From NCBI GenBank assembly GCA_043816345.1, contig JBDRIA010000064.1, positions 9,759 through 73,758 on the forward strand: a stretch of 64,000 nt of DNA, written 5' to 3'. Source of the stretch: Chloroflexota bacterium (lineage in GTDB: Bacteria > Chloroflexota > Dehalococcoidia > Lucifugimonadales > UBA2985). Below, piece by piece: positions 1-8,307 of the stretch. Each line of letters starts with the position of its first letter. Position 1 is the first letter of the stretch. The translations under genes were made by a program, and so were the position numbers. The notes under the pieces were generated by a model. That model was not told the DNA's origin, searched no databases, and saw nothing but the letters and a program-made list of their open reading frames with translations.

Positions 1-323
1 TCCCCTATAATTTCCTTCTCACCAATTCTATCTACCTTTGTAACAAGAGTCCCCACTGGCACGTTGATAATATAATCTTCCCCTGTGCGTCCCACCCTGT
101 TATTCCCCTGACCCCCCCTACCATCACCGGCACGGAAGCTTCTCCTATATCTAAAAGCTCTAAGCATATGTTGTCCTGACTGGGCTCTTATTATCACACA
201 TCCTCCATCGCCACCATCCCCACCATCGGGACCCCCGCGTGGAACAAATTTTTCTCTTCGGAAGCTGATGCAACCACCTCCGCCATTCCCAGCTCTCACT
301 ACTATTCTTGCTGTATCTATCAT
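1..323 (-). CDS. obg: GTPase Obg/CgtA, N-terminal part (gene continues past the window edge)
   Basis: Reverse translation from ATG (complement 321..323) reads MIDTARIVVRAGNGGGGCISFRREKFVPRGGPDGGDGGDGGCVIIRAQ..., the glycine-rich Obg-fold N-terminal domain. It is absent from the ORF track because the window edge truncates it. Confidence 0.85.
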   Translation of the reverse strand, partial: MIDTARIVVRAGNGGGGCISFRREKFVPRGGPDGGDGGDGGCVIIRAQSGQHMLRAFRYRRSFRAGDGRGGQGNNRVGRTGEDYIINVPVGTLVTKVDRIGEKEIIG

Positions 324-514
324 GTAATAAAAAGATACTCTCTATATATCTATACTGTAATAATAAGAATACATGGTTACAGGGATAATTGAAAATTCCT
401 ATCTGTTATGTCTGTGGGTAGTAGAAAAGTAGGAGTAAATAGCTGGACTACCGTTGCGGGAAATGCATGTTCACTTTGGGAACAATAGGGAAAGAAGATT
501 GTTTAATATGAATG

Positions 515-1900
515 TCAGCTTGAAATAATGTTTGTGATAGCGTCAAGCTGTGTCTTGAGTCCGAGATTGGAGTCTTTTTCCTTTAGAATTTTGGTGTGGG
601 CATATCGGATTGTTGTATGGTCGCGGTTTCCTAGTAACAGGCCGATATCCTTTAGCGATGTCTGCGTCAATTCGCGTAGCAAGTAGATTGCTACCTGGCG
701 CGCCTGTGTAACTACTCGATCTCTGCGCTTGCTTGTTAAGATCTGGACATTGAGATTATAGAAGGAGCAAACGTGTGAGATTATGATATCTGTTGTAGGG
801 GCTTGCCTCTGCTTCGTTGCTAGCAAGTCTTGCAAGCTACGATAGGCCAGATCCAAGTCTACTGGTTGGGCTGTTAGATCGGCATAGGCACATACCCGGT
901 TCAGAGCACCCTCTAACTCGCGGACGCTCGAACGGAAGTGGGAGGAGATCATATCCAAGACAGCATGAGGCACGCCTATGCTCATGTGATTGGCTTTAAC
1001 CTTAAGGATAGCCACGCATGTCTCTTGGTTTGGTATCTGGATGTCGGCGCTGAGACCCCATTGGAAGCGAGAGCGAAGGCGATCTTCGAGGGGGATCAGT
1101 GCCGAGGAAGGTCTATCGCAGGCAATAACGATCTGGCGGTTGGAGTTGTGAAGATCGTTGAAAGTGTGGAAAAACCCTTCTTGTACAGCCTCTTTACCAC
1201 GGATGAACTGAATGTCATCCATTAAAAGGACGTCCACCGAACGGTATTTCTCGCGAAACTCCCGGGTCCTCTTTGTCTGTATGGACGTGATGAACTCGTT
1301 AGTGAACTGCTCGGAGCTTGCATACAGGTAGCTGAGGCCTCTGCTGGCTGAGGCGTGGCCTATGCCGTGTAGAAGGTGGGTCTTGCCCAGACCAATGCCC
1401 CCGTATAGGAAGAGAGGGTTGTAGGCTGCGCCGGGTCTGGAGGAGACTGCTTGGGCCGCGGCATAGGCGAGTTGGTTCGATTCGCCTACGACGAAGGAAT
1501 CAAGGGTATATTTGGGGTTGAGCTTAAAGGAGCCGTTGCCGTTTGCGGCGGAGTGACCATTGGCCACCTGTGGGAAAGAGCCAGCCATGGTTTGGGGTTC
1601 TTCGCACCGAGGTGCATGGGGGGCTGGCTTCGACATGACCTGGAATTTTACCGACGTGGGCTGGCCCGCCACCTGGGAGAGGGTGGTCTCGATGAGGGAG
1701 GACATGCGCTGCTCAAGCCATTGGGCCACGAAGGGGGAAGGAGTGCCCACTACTATCTTGTTGTCGTCAAAGGATAGGCCTGTGGTATCTTTGAGCCAGG
1801 TAGCATAGCTGGGTCGGCTTACCTGCAATTCCAAACTGCCCAGGGCTGCTTCCCACATCTGGCGAGGGCTTAGGCGTTTCACGGGTGCTACTTTTGTCAT
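515..1900 (-). CDS. dnaA: Chromosomal replication initiator DnaA
   Basis: ORF 515..1990. AAA+ Walker A (GGIGLGKTHLLHGIG), Walker B (VDVLLMDDIQF) and C-terminal DnaA-box binding helix (NRDHTTIRYAHTKI). Start placed at the internal Met (MTKVAPVKRL, complement 1898..1900) because the 30 upstream codons show no DnaA-like sequence. Confidence 0.94.
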   Translation of the reverse strand: MTKVAPVKRLSPRQMWEAALGSLELQVSRPSYATWLKDTTGLSFDDNKIVVGTPSPFVAQWLEQRMSSLIETTLSQVAGQPTSVKFQVMSKPAPHAPRCEEPQTMAGSFPQVANGHSAANGNGSFKLNPKYTLDSFVVGESNQLAYAAAQAVSSRPGAAYNPLFLYGGIGLGKTHLLHGIGHASASRGLSYLYASSEQFTNEFITSIQTKRTREFREKYRSVDVLLMDDIQFIRGKEAVQEGFFHTFNDLHNSNRQIVIACDRPSSALIPLEDRLRSRFQWGLSADIQIPNQETCVAILKVKANHMSIGVPHAVLDMISSHFRSSVRELEGALNRVCAYADLTAQPVDLDLAYRSLQDLLATKQRQAPTTDIIISHVCSFYNLNVQILTSKRRDRVVTQARQVAIYLLRELTQTSLKDIGLLLGNRDHTTIRYAHTKILKEKDSNLGLKTQLDAITNIISS

Positions 1901-2311
1901 AAAAATACAAACAGAGAGCCCACAATGTGGGCAGGGCAAACCCCACCCGTGCAGGGAAAACAAGCGAGGATAAATAGCGTCCGAGGACACTGAACAGTCG
2001 CCTGATCATCAGGCGGATAAAGGATCCCCTCGGAACTGAGTCCGGGGTGTTATTGTTTGGATCACCGTCAATATAACAGGGGTGCCTTTTGGGGGTAGCA
2101 AGGGCCGCGGAACGAATTTTTGGCGAGTTTTCCCGGGGTTATGATTAGGAATAGACACGTATTGGACGCCAGCAGGAGAGATGAAGGGGGGTGGTACGCT
2201 GGTGTAACGATGAGTATTTAAGGGGCTATACTGTCGGGAGCAAGGCGCCTGGCAGGACTTCCGGCGAAGCCCTCTGCGGCAGAGGATGCGGCGGCCCAAA
2301 GAGATGATAGT

Positions 2312-2767
2312 GGACCGACCGGGAATCCCGGTGTAAATGGACACCTGCTTGGTGTCCAGGGGGCGAGGTTCTTGAAGCGGATGACAGCGAAATTCTCCTT
2401 CCCGGTCCAGGCGATACAGTCCGACAAAGAAGGTGAGTTTCATAAAGAGTGCGGCCCCTCCGTGGAGGAGTTGCAGTTGATACACTATTCCCACCGTCCA
2501 GACTATGCCCAGAGCCTGCCCCGAGCTTGCCGAAGGGGCAGTGGGTGTATCGAGCGCAGTTTCCGCACCGACGAGGAGGAGTCCTACCAGGTAGAGGGGC
2601 TACCCGCCGATCTGGACGAGCTGGAGGCTGCTCTCCTCCACTGGGATCCCGTCTACGAGACTGTCTGGCCTCACCAGGCTTTGGGCTACAAGACCCCCGA
2701 CCAGTTCTACCATGACTGGTTCACAACTCACCCTACCAGAGAGGAGGCGCTGTCCGATATGTCTTGA
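2312..2767 (+). pseudogene. Relic of an rve (DDE integrase core) transposase, IS481/IS3-like C-terminal part
   Basis: ORF 2372..2767 contains FPVQAIQSDKEGEF (the TDNGSEF-type third acidic motif) and ERSFRTDEEE.Y...RPHQALGYKTPDQFY (typical rve C-terminus). The upstream part is broken by stops. No N-terminal HTH and no terminal inverted repeats were found. Confidence 0.7.
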
Positions 2768-2844
2768 CCCAGTACAACCTATTGACACAATTCGTACAAT
2801 GCTATAGGATTGACACGGGAAATCCTCACTGAATCGGAGACAGT

Positions 2845-3285
2845 ATGGATGAATTAGACAGGAAAATTATTGGCATTCTTCAGTTGGATGGCAGAGCGTC
2901 CAACGCCAAGATAGCGCGGCAATTGGGGGTTAGCGAAGGAACCATACGCCGCCGACTGAAGCACCTGATAGAAGACGAGGCTATCCAGGTATTGGCTCTT
3001 CCTGAGCCCTCAAAGTTGGGGTATACTACCGAGGCTATCATCGCGCTTCAAGTGGATCCTGGTAAGATAGAGGACGTGGCTGCTGCACTAGCCAAAGCAC
3101 CCGAAGCCCTGAACGTCTCCGTAACCACGGGCGCATTCGACCTCTTCGCCTGGGTGGCGGTGCCCTCCACGGAGGAGCTCCACAGATTTATCCTGGGTGT
3201 TGTAGGCGTCATACCGGGCGTTAAGCGCAGCGAGACCTTCGTTACCATGTCCGTGAAAAAGCGTACCTTCGCACCGCTGTCCTGA
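2845..3285 (+). CDS. Lrp/AsnC family transcriptional regulator
   Basis: N-terminal HTH (LDRKIIGILQLDGRASNAKIARQLGVSEGTIRRRL) followed by a RAM/AsnC ligand-binding domain. Confidence 0.9.
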   Translation: MDELDRKIIGILQLDGRASNAKIARQLGVSEGTIRRRLKHLIEDEAIQVLALPEPSKLGYTTEAIIALQVDPGKIEDVAAALAKAPEALNVSVTTGAFDLFAWVAVPSTEELHRFILGVVGVIPGVKRSETFVTMSVKKRTFAPLS

Positions 3286-3539
3286 CCTAGGCTATTGGAT
3301 GGAGCATTTGGTGCGACTAGGTTTGTCGCCGTTGCCAGGGCCATCCGTCGTCAACAATCCCCCTGAGAGCACTACCGAATGGCTGAGTTTGTTGCTTTCA
3401 GAGAGCGCCCACACGATCCTACAAGGGTGTTAACATGCACAGCGAGCTGTCGCCAATCTTGACCCGTACTGGTGACTCGACGGCATTTGTGGCTGACCCG
3501 CGAAAGATGCCCCTTGGACTGGAGTGAGGCTGCCTCATC

Positions 3540-3968
3540 ATGCTAGGAGTAGCTTTCGCCCTGCTGGCGGCCACCTGCTGGGGTTTTGGCGTCATTTGGG
3601 TGCGTCTGGGCCTCCAGTCTCTTCGCCCCACCACCGGCACTTGGATGTCCTTGATTCCAGGGAGCCTCATGGTGATCATTCTGGCGGTGGTGTTCAATCT
3701 GGACGATATCACCACTCTGGCCGCCGTCGCCTTCTTCTGGTTCGCCTTGGCCGGGTTGTTAAACTTTGCCCTGGGGCGGTTCCTCCACAACGTTGGCATT
3801 CAGCTGGCTGGAGTAGCCCGGGCGACGCCGCTGTTCAGCACTGCCCCACTTTTCGCCACCATCCTGGCCATAATCTTCCTAGGGGAGACCATCACTCCCT
3901 GGCTACTGCTGGGTACCGCAACCATCGTCAGCGGCATCATTCTCATAACCAGTGAGCAGGTAAATTGA
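3540..3968 (+). CDS. Half-size EamA/DMT-family membrane protein (single EamA domain)
   Basis: Hydrophobic 142-aa product with an EamA-domain-like end (ILAIIFLGETITPWLLLGTATIVSGIILI). The start is uncertain. Confidence 0.7.
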   Translation: MLGVAFALLAATCWGFGVIWVRLGLQSLRPTTGTWMSLIPGSLMVIILAVVFNLDDITTLAAVAFFWFALAGLLNFALGRFLHNVGIQLAGVARATPLFSTAPLFATILAIIFLGETITPWLLLGTATIVSGIILITSEQVN

Positions 3969-4444
3969 AGTTCCTTCAAACCGAGGTTCGCCGGCGGGGC
4001 TATATTTGGCTGGGATATATGGCCTCAATAGGCGCGGCCATGGCCTATGGCGCTTCGCAGACTGTGGGCAAGCACGTGACCACCGAGTATGCCCCACCCC
4101 TGGTGGCGACCGCCTTCGCTTTGCTCTTTGGATTCGGGTACGTCTCGCTCATGTTCCACCGCCACATTCCCAACGACCTGCGCACTTCCTCTCGCCGTGG
4201 CTTCTTTTGGTTTGGCCTGTCCGGGATAGCTTCTTCCGCCGGCGTCACTTCACTGTACTTTGCCTTGAGCAATTCTCCTGTAGTGGTGGTCTCACCCGTT
4301 GCTGCCATCACTCCCCTGGTAACCCTAATCCTGGCCCACATCTTTCTACAGCGGTTGGAGAGGATCACTAAAAGGACGGTCCTGGGCACCTTGCTGGTGG
4401 TTTCAGGAGTCATCATCATCACCATCAGCAGAGCCATCTCCTGA
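3965..4444 (+). CDS. Half-size EamA/DMT-family membrane protein (single EamA domain)
   Basis: Overlaps the stop of the previous gene by 4 nt. Multi-TM product ending ILAHIFLQRLERITKRTVLGTLLVVSGVIII, an EamA-domain-like C-terminus. Confidence 0.7.
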   Translation: MKFLQTEVRRRGYIWLGYMASIGAAMAYGASQTVGKHVTTEYAPPLVATAFALLFGFGYVSLMFHRHIPNDLRTSSRRGFFWFGLSGIASSAGVTSLYFALSNSPVVVVSPVAAITPLVTLILAHIFLQRLERITKRTVLGTLLVVSGVIIITISRAIS

Positions 4445-4494
4445 TCTTGCCGGCTCTCAAGCGTCCCCGCATGTTGCCACTTTGAGATGGCCTG

Positions 4495-6234
4495 CTAGAA
4501 TTGCTTGTAGCGGTTGACGATGGGGAAACGCCGGTCACGTCCGAAGGCCCGTGGGGTGATCGTGACTCCGGGGGGAGCCTGGCGACGCTTGTACTCGTTG
4601 CGGATCACCATGGTGATGACCTTCTGGACTGTCTCTGTGTCGAAGCCCATGTCCACGATGTCGGCGAAGCTACGGTCTTCTTCCACGTAGGCATGGAGGA
4701 TGGGGTCCAGGACTTCGTAGGGGGGAAGAATGTCCTGGTCAGTCTGATTGGGTTTTAGCTCGGCGGTGGGGACCTTCTCGATCACACTGAGTGGGATGAC
4801 GTTCTTGGGCTTGCCCTTCCGTCCGAGGAAGGGCTTGCCGTGGGCGTTACGGTGCCTGGATAGTTGGTATACCAGGGTCTTGGGCACGTCCTTTATGACT
4901 GCAAAGCCTCCGGCCATATCGCCGTAGAGGGTGGCGTAGCCGGTGGCCATCTCGCTTTTGTTGCCGGTGGTGAGGACCATCCAGCCGAACTTGTTGGATA
5001 GGCCCATGAGGATATTACCCCTAATGCGGGTCTGGAGGTTCTCTTCGGCGACGTCGGGCTGGGTGCCTTTGAAGGGGTCGGAAAGCATGTGCAGCATGGC
5101 TTCAAAGGCCTCTTCTATGGGGACTGTTATCATCTCCATGCCGAGGTTGTGGGCCAGGGCCTGGGCATCCAGGAGGCTGCCTTCGGAGGAGTACCGCGAG
5201 GGCATGGCTACTCCCAGGACGTTATCCTTGCCCAGGGCGTCTACGGCGACTGCCGCGGTAAGGCTAGAGTCTACTCCCCCGGAGAGTCCGATGATGACTT
5301 TCTGGAAGCCGCACTTGCGTACGTAGTCCCTGGTGCCCACGACGAGAGCGGAGTATACCTCTTGGAGGGGAGCCAGGGAGTCGCAGATGTGGGAGGTTAT
5401 GGCTGTTTTGGGCTGTCCTGGGGTGTAGTCGGAGTGGTGCACTATCTGAGGGATGCCTATGGTCTCCAGGACGGGGCGCTCCTTGCGGGGCCGGGGGTCG
5501 CGAAGGCGATAGTTGAAGACGGCGTCCACGTCCAGGTCGACCACCACCAGGTCTTCTTCGAACTGCTTTCCCCGGGCCACCATTTCTCCCCTCTGGTCGA
5601 AGGCCATGCTGCCGCCGTCGAAGACCAGCTCGTCCTGCCCTCCTACCATGTTGGTGTAGGAGACGTATACCTCGTTGTCGGAAGCCCGGGTGGCGACCAT
5701 TCGCTCCGTGAAGCCTCGCTTGCCTGCGTAGTAAGGGGAGGCGTTGATGTTGACGATGACCTCGGCGCCGGCCTCTCGCTGCACCGCGGCGGGGCCGAGG
5801 GCATACCAGATGTCCTCGCAGATGTTGACACCTATGTGGATGCCGTTGATGACGAAGACGGGGCAGTGTTCGCCGGTCTTGAAGTAGCGGTCCTCGTCGA
5901 AGACGCCGTAGGTGGGCAGGTACATCTTGTGGTAGATGCCCAGGAGGTGGCCGTCGTGGGCGATGGCGGCGGCGTTGTGGATGTCGCCCTGGGAGTCCAC
6001 GAAGCCGACTACGACGGTGATGCCCTGGGAGTGGGCTACTACCTGGTGCATCTTCTGGATGTTGGCCTGGATGAAGGAGGGCTGGAAGAGCAGATCCTCC
6101 GGGGGGTAGCCGGTGATGGCCATCTCGGGGAAGGCCACGAGGTCGGCCTGCTGGGCTTTGGCCCTTTGGATGTAGTCCAGGACCTTGGCGGTGTTGCCAT
6201 CCAGGTCGCCGACGGTGGCGTTAATCTGGGCCAT
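4495..6234 (-). CDS. nadE: Glutamine-dependent NAD+ synthetase (nitrilase-like CN hydrolase domain plus NAD synthase domain)
   Basis: ORF 4495..6294. N-terminal CN-hydrolase domain (LVAFPEMAITGYPPEDL, CEDIW) and C-terminal PP-loop (GLSGGVDSS). Start moved to MAQINATVGD (complement 6232..6234). An extended -10-like TGCTATACT sits just upstream on the minus strand. Confidence 0.93.
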   Translation of the reverse strand: MAQINATVGDLDGNTAKVLDYIQRAKAQQADLVAFPEMAITGYPPEDLLFQPSFIQANIQKMHQVVAHSQGITVVVGFVDSQGDIHNAAAIAHDGHLLGIYHKMYLPTYGVFDEDRYFKTGEHCPVFVINGIHIGVNICEDIWYALGPAAVQREAGAEVIVNINASPYYAGKRGFTERMVATRASDNEVYVSYTNMVGGQDELVFDGGSMAFDQRGEMVARGKQFEEDLVVVDLDVDAVFNYRLRDPRPRKERPVLETIGIPQIVHHSDYTPGQPKTAITSHICDSLAPLQEVYSALVVGTRDYVRKCGFQKVIIGLSGGVDSSLTAAVAVDALGKDNVLGVAMPSRYSSEGSLLDAQALAHNLGMEMITVPIEEAFEAMLHMLSDPFKGTQPDVAEENLQTRIRGNILMGLSNKFGWMVLTTGNKSEMATGYATLYGDMAGGFAVIKDVPKTLVYQLSRHRNAHGKPFLGRKGKPKNVIPLSVIEKVPTAELKPNQTDQDILPPYEVLDPILHAYVEEDRSFADIVDMGFDTETVQKVITMVIRNEYKRRQAPPGVTITPRAFGRDRRFPIVNRYKQF

Positions 6235-6435
6235 GGCCAGGCGTAGTGTGCGCAAGCTGTCTGCTCCGTCGCCTTTTGGCCAAGAGTATAGCATACCTGG
6301 GCTTACGTTGAGCCAGGCGGGCTGTTGAGCAGGTCGGGAAGGGTGGGGTTTTGATTGTCTGGGGATTTTTCATTTTTATGGGTGCTCTGGAAGCTGGAAA
6401 GGGGTACGCGGTTTGATTGTATGGCAGGGCGTGCC

Positions 6436-6492
6436 CTGCACCCACATTTGACTGGTGCTGTACTGGTCTGATCATGTTCTGTAGTTTCAAGG
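6436..6492. repeat. 57-nt direct repeat, copy 1 (in the nadE 5' region)
   Basis: ctgcacccacatttgactg... matches copy 2 at 6816..6872 at about 43 of 57 positions by eye. The first 19 nt are identical. Confidence 0.8.
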
Positions 6493-6774
6493 TGTCGACC
6501 CAGGTGGCTTGTGCACGATGTCTGTGAGGCGGGACTGGATGTACTGAGAGGCGATGAGGCGGGCCAGGAGATCCAGGTAGAGGCGGCGCAGTCGCACACG
6601 GGAGGGCCTGGAGATGTGTTTCATGTGCTGGCGCAGGAGGAGGTTTCGAAAGACGGGATGGAGGGCGAGGTCGGCGTACAAGAGCTTTAGCTGCCGGGAG
6701 CGGCGGCCTGTTTTGAGGGCATTAAGATTGCCTGTGGGCGCGCCGGCGCCGGGTCGTTTTCCTCCGCGTGTCAT
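6487..6774 (-). CDS. Small basic hypothetical protein (MTRGGKRPGAGAPTGNLNALKTGRRS...)
   Basis: ORF 6487..6855. The N-terminal 27 codons are repeat-encoded, so the start was moved to the internal Met. I cannot assign a family. Arg/Lys-rich. Confidence 0.35.
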   Translation of the reverse strand: MTRGGKRPGAGAPTGNLNALKTGRRSRQLKLLYADLALHPVFRNLLLRQHMKHISRPSRVRLRRLYLDLLARLIASQYIQSRLTDIVHKPPGSTP

Positions 6775-6815
6775 GGGCAGCAGGGTTTCCTCCTTCGACA
6801 GGCTCAGGACAGGCT

Positions 6816-6872
6816 CTGCACCCACATTTGACTGTCGTTGCACTGGTTTATCCATGTTCTACGATTCCAGGG
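6816..6872. repeat. 57-nt direct repeat, copy 2 (in the 5' region of the small ORF 6487..6774)
   Basis: See copy 1. It is immediately preceded by a family-A GC-rich repeat (6792..6815). Confidence 0.8.
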
Positions 6873-6914
6873 CGTTGGTCTGAGCAGGTGAAGTGGGATG
6901 ATACGATTATGCGC

Positions 6915-6955
6915 GGGCGGGGGCGTGGTGGGGAAGGGGTGGGTGGCAGGGGGGG
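6915..6955 (+). other. G-quadruplex-prone tract (six G3-G7 runs within 41 nt)
   Basis: gggcgggggcgtggtggggaaggggtgggtggcaggggggg, read directly from the sequence. A second cluster of G-runs lies at 6987..7012, overlapping a TTGACG-N17-TAGGCT promoter-like pair. Confidence 0.6.
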
Positions 6956-7060
6956 CATGGTGCAAAAACAGCCCAGTTGACGCGTTGGAGGGGGTGGGGT
7001 AGGCTACGGGGGCGAGATAACGATGCCCGTTTGGAGCGACTTCGAGGGAGGTTGGTTAGG

Positions 7061-8290
7061 ATGCCGAAAGGGTTCATTTTCAAATGCACCAACAAATCTG
7101 AGAGCGAATGCTTTGACAGGTCTCTTTTCGGGACAGACAAGCTGGCTGGCGACGAAGTGTTATGCCTGGAGCCTGGTGATAGCTTGTTCTTACTGAATGT
7201 AGAGAGCAACAGGCTAGCGGGTGTTTTTCTGGCCGAAACAGCTGGGGGACACAGGCTCATTCCCGAAGCATGGAAGGGTCGATATCCCTATCAAGTGAAG
7301 ATAGAGTGTATTGACCAACCAAAGTGGATTGAGAACGCGAAGGAAACCCTGTCTGCACTACAGTTGGAGTCCCACCAGCCTCTTGATTATTATGAAGTGG
7401 ATGCACTGAGTACCCTGCTCGCTCCCAACGGAAAGCAAGACCAATGCTCAGACCGGGAGGAAAACGCTACAACCCTGGTGAAACAGATAGCAGAGGAGCT
7501 TGCGGTCTGGCGGAGAACCAATGGCACAGCTCATGTTAGAAAAGACAAACCCACGCTCGAATCCACTACTCTTTGGGACTATCCGACGCAAAGCTACGGC
7601 CAAACACCAAAAGGTAACAACAAGTATGCAGGGGTAACCCCAGCGTTCATTATTTGGAACCTTGTGAAGCGATATACAGAGCGAGATGATCTTGTCGTGG
7701 ACCCGATGTGCGGCAGTGGAACGACTATTGATGTATGCAATGAAGAGGGAAGAAGGGTCAAAGGCTATGACATTGTTCCTACTCGCCCAGATATCATAGA
7801 GAACGACGCGAGAAGCATCCCATTGGACGACAACACGGTGGACATGGTGTTTATAGATTCCCCATATGGAGACAACATAAAGTACAATGCCAGTCCACTG
7901 TCATTTGGCAACATCTCCGCTGAGAGCGAGGAGTTCTACAACGAGCTTGAGAAAGTGATGAGAGAGGCCCACCGAGTACTGAAAGAAGGGAAAGTGCTGG
8001 GGTGGTTGATAGGCGACCAGTGGGTAAAGAAACGATTTACTCCTGTTGGTTTCAAGATATACGAACGATTGACTAAATACTTTGAGCCTGTGGATGTCAT
8101 AAGTGTGGTGAGGAGAGGCCAAAGCTCCAATACGGGGCTGTGGCACAATCGAGCGCGGCGGTTCAATTTCTACCTACGCGGCTTTAAGTACCTGCACATC
8201 ATGCGGAAACCCTTGGAGAAAAGCGCCCAACCCGAGCGCAAAAGAGATGTCAAATGGGCTTACTATGAGAGAGGTTCAAACAAGGACTAG
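7061..8290 (+). CDS. DCD/PUA-like N-terminal domain fused to a SAM-dependent amino-methyltransferase (N6A/N4C-type)
   Basis: ORF 6977..8290. Start placed at the ATG at 7061 behind gagggagg. The N-terminal motifs GFIFKCTNKSESECFDRSLFG, LFLLNVESNRLAGVFLAETAGG and IPEAW..YPYQVKIE match the hallmark motifs of the DCD domain. The C-terminal half carries motif I (VVDPMCGSGTT), NDARSIPLDDNTVDMVFIDSPYG (motif IV, D-S-P-Y) and RVLKEGKVLGWLIGD. Confidence 0.75.
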   Translation: MPKGFIFKCTNKSESECFDRSLFGTDKLAGDEVLCLEPGDSLFLLNVESNRLAGVFLAETAGGHRLIPEAWKGRYPYQVKIECIDQPKWIENAKETLSALQLESHQPLDYYEVDALSTLLAPNGKQDQCSDREENATTLVKQIAEELAVWRRTNGTAHVRKDKPTLESTTLWDYPTQSYGQTPKGNNKYAGVTPAFIIWNLVKRYTERDDLVVDPMCGSGTTIDVCNEEGRRVKGYDIVPTRPDIIENDARSIPLDDNTVDMVFIDSPYGDNIKYNASPLSFGNISAESEEFYNELEKVMREAHRVLKEGKVLGWLIGDQWVKKRFTPVGFKIYERLTKYFEPVDVISVVRRGQSSNTGLWHNRARRFNFYLRGFKYLHIMRKPLEKSAQPERKRDVKWAYYERGSNKD

Positions 8291-8307
8291 CGGAAGGTCT
8301 GCTCATA

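Noticed and set aside
1901-1990. N-terminal extensions offered by the ORF track: dnaA to 1990, nadE to 6294, the methyltransferase to 6977, plus several others
   Set aside because: The extra codons have no similarity to the respective families. In the 6855 and 6490 cases they are encoded by repeats. Internal Met codons with better context were preferred, although the starts remain predictions.
5089-6246. 385-aa ORF on the plus strand, antisense to nadE
   Set aside because: It lies entirely within the well-supported nadE gene on the other strand. The product is a low-complexity Gly/Val/Asp/His-rich sequence typical of shadow ORFs in GC-rich DNA, with no recognisable motifs.
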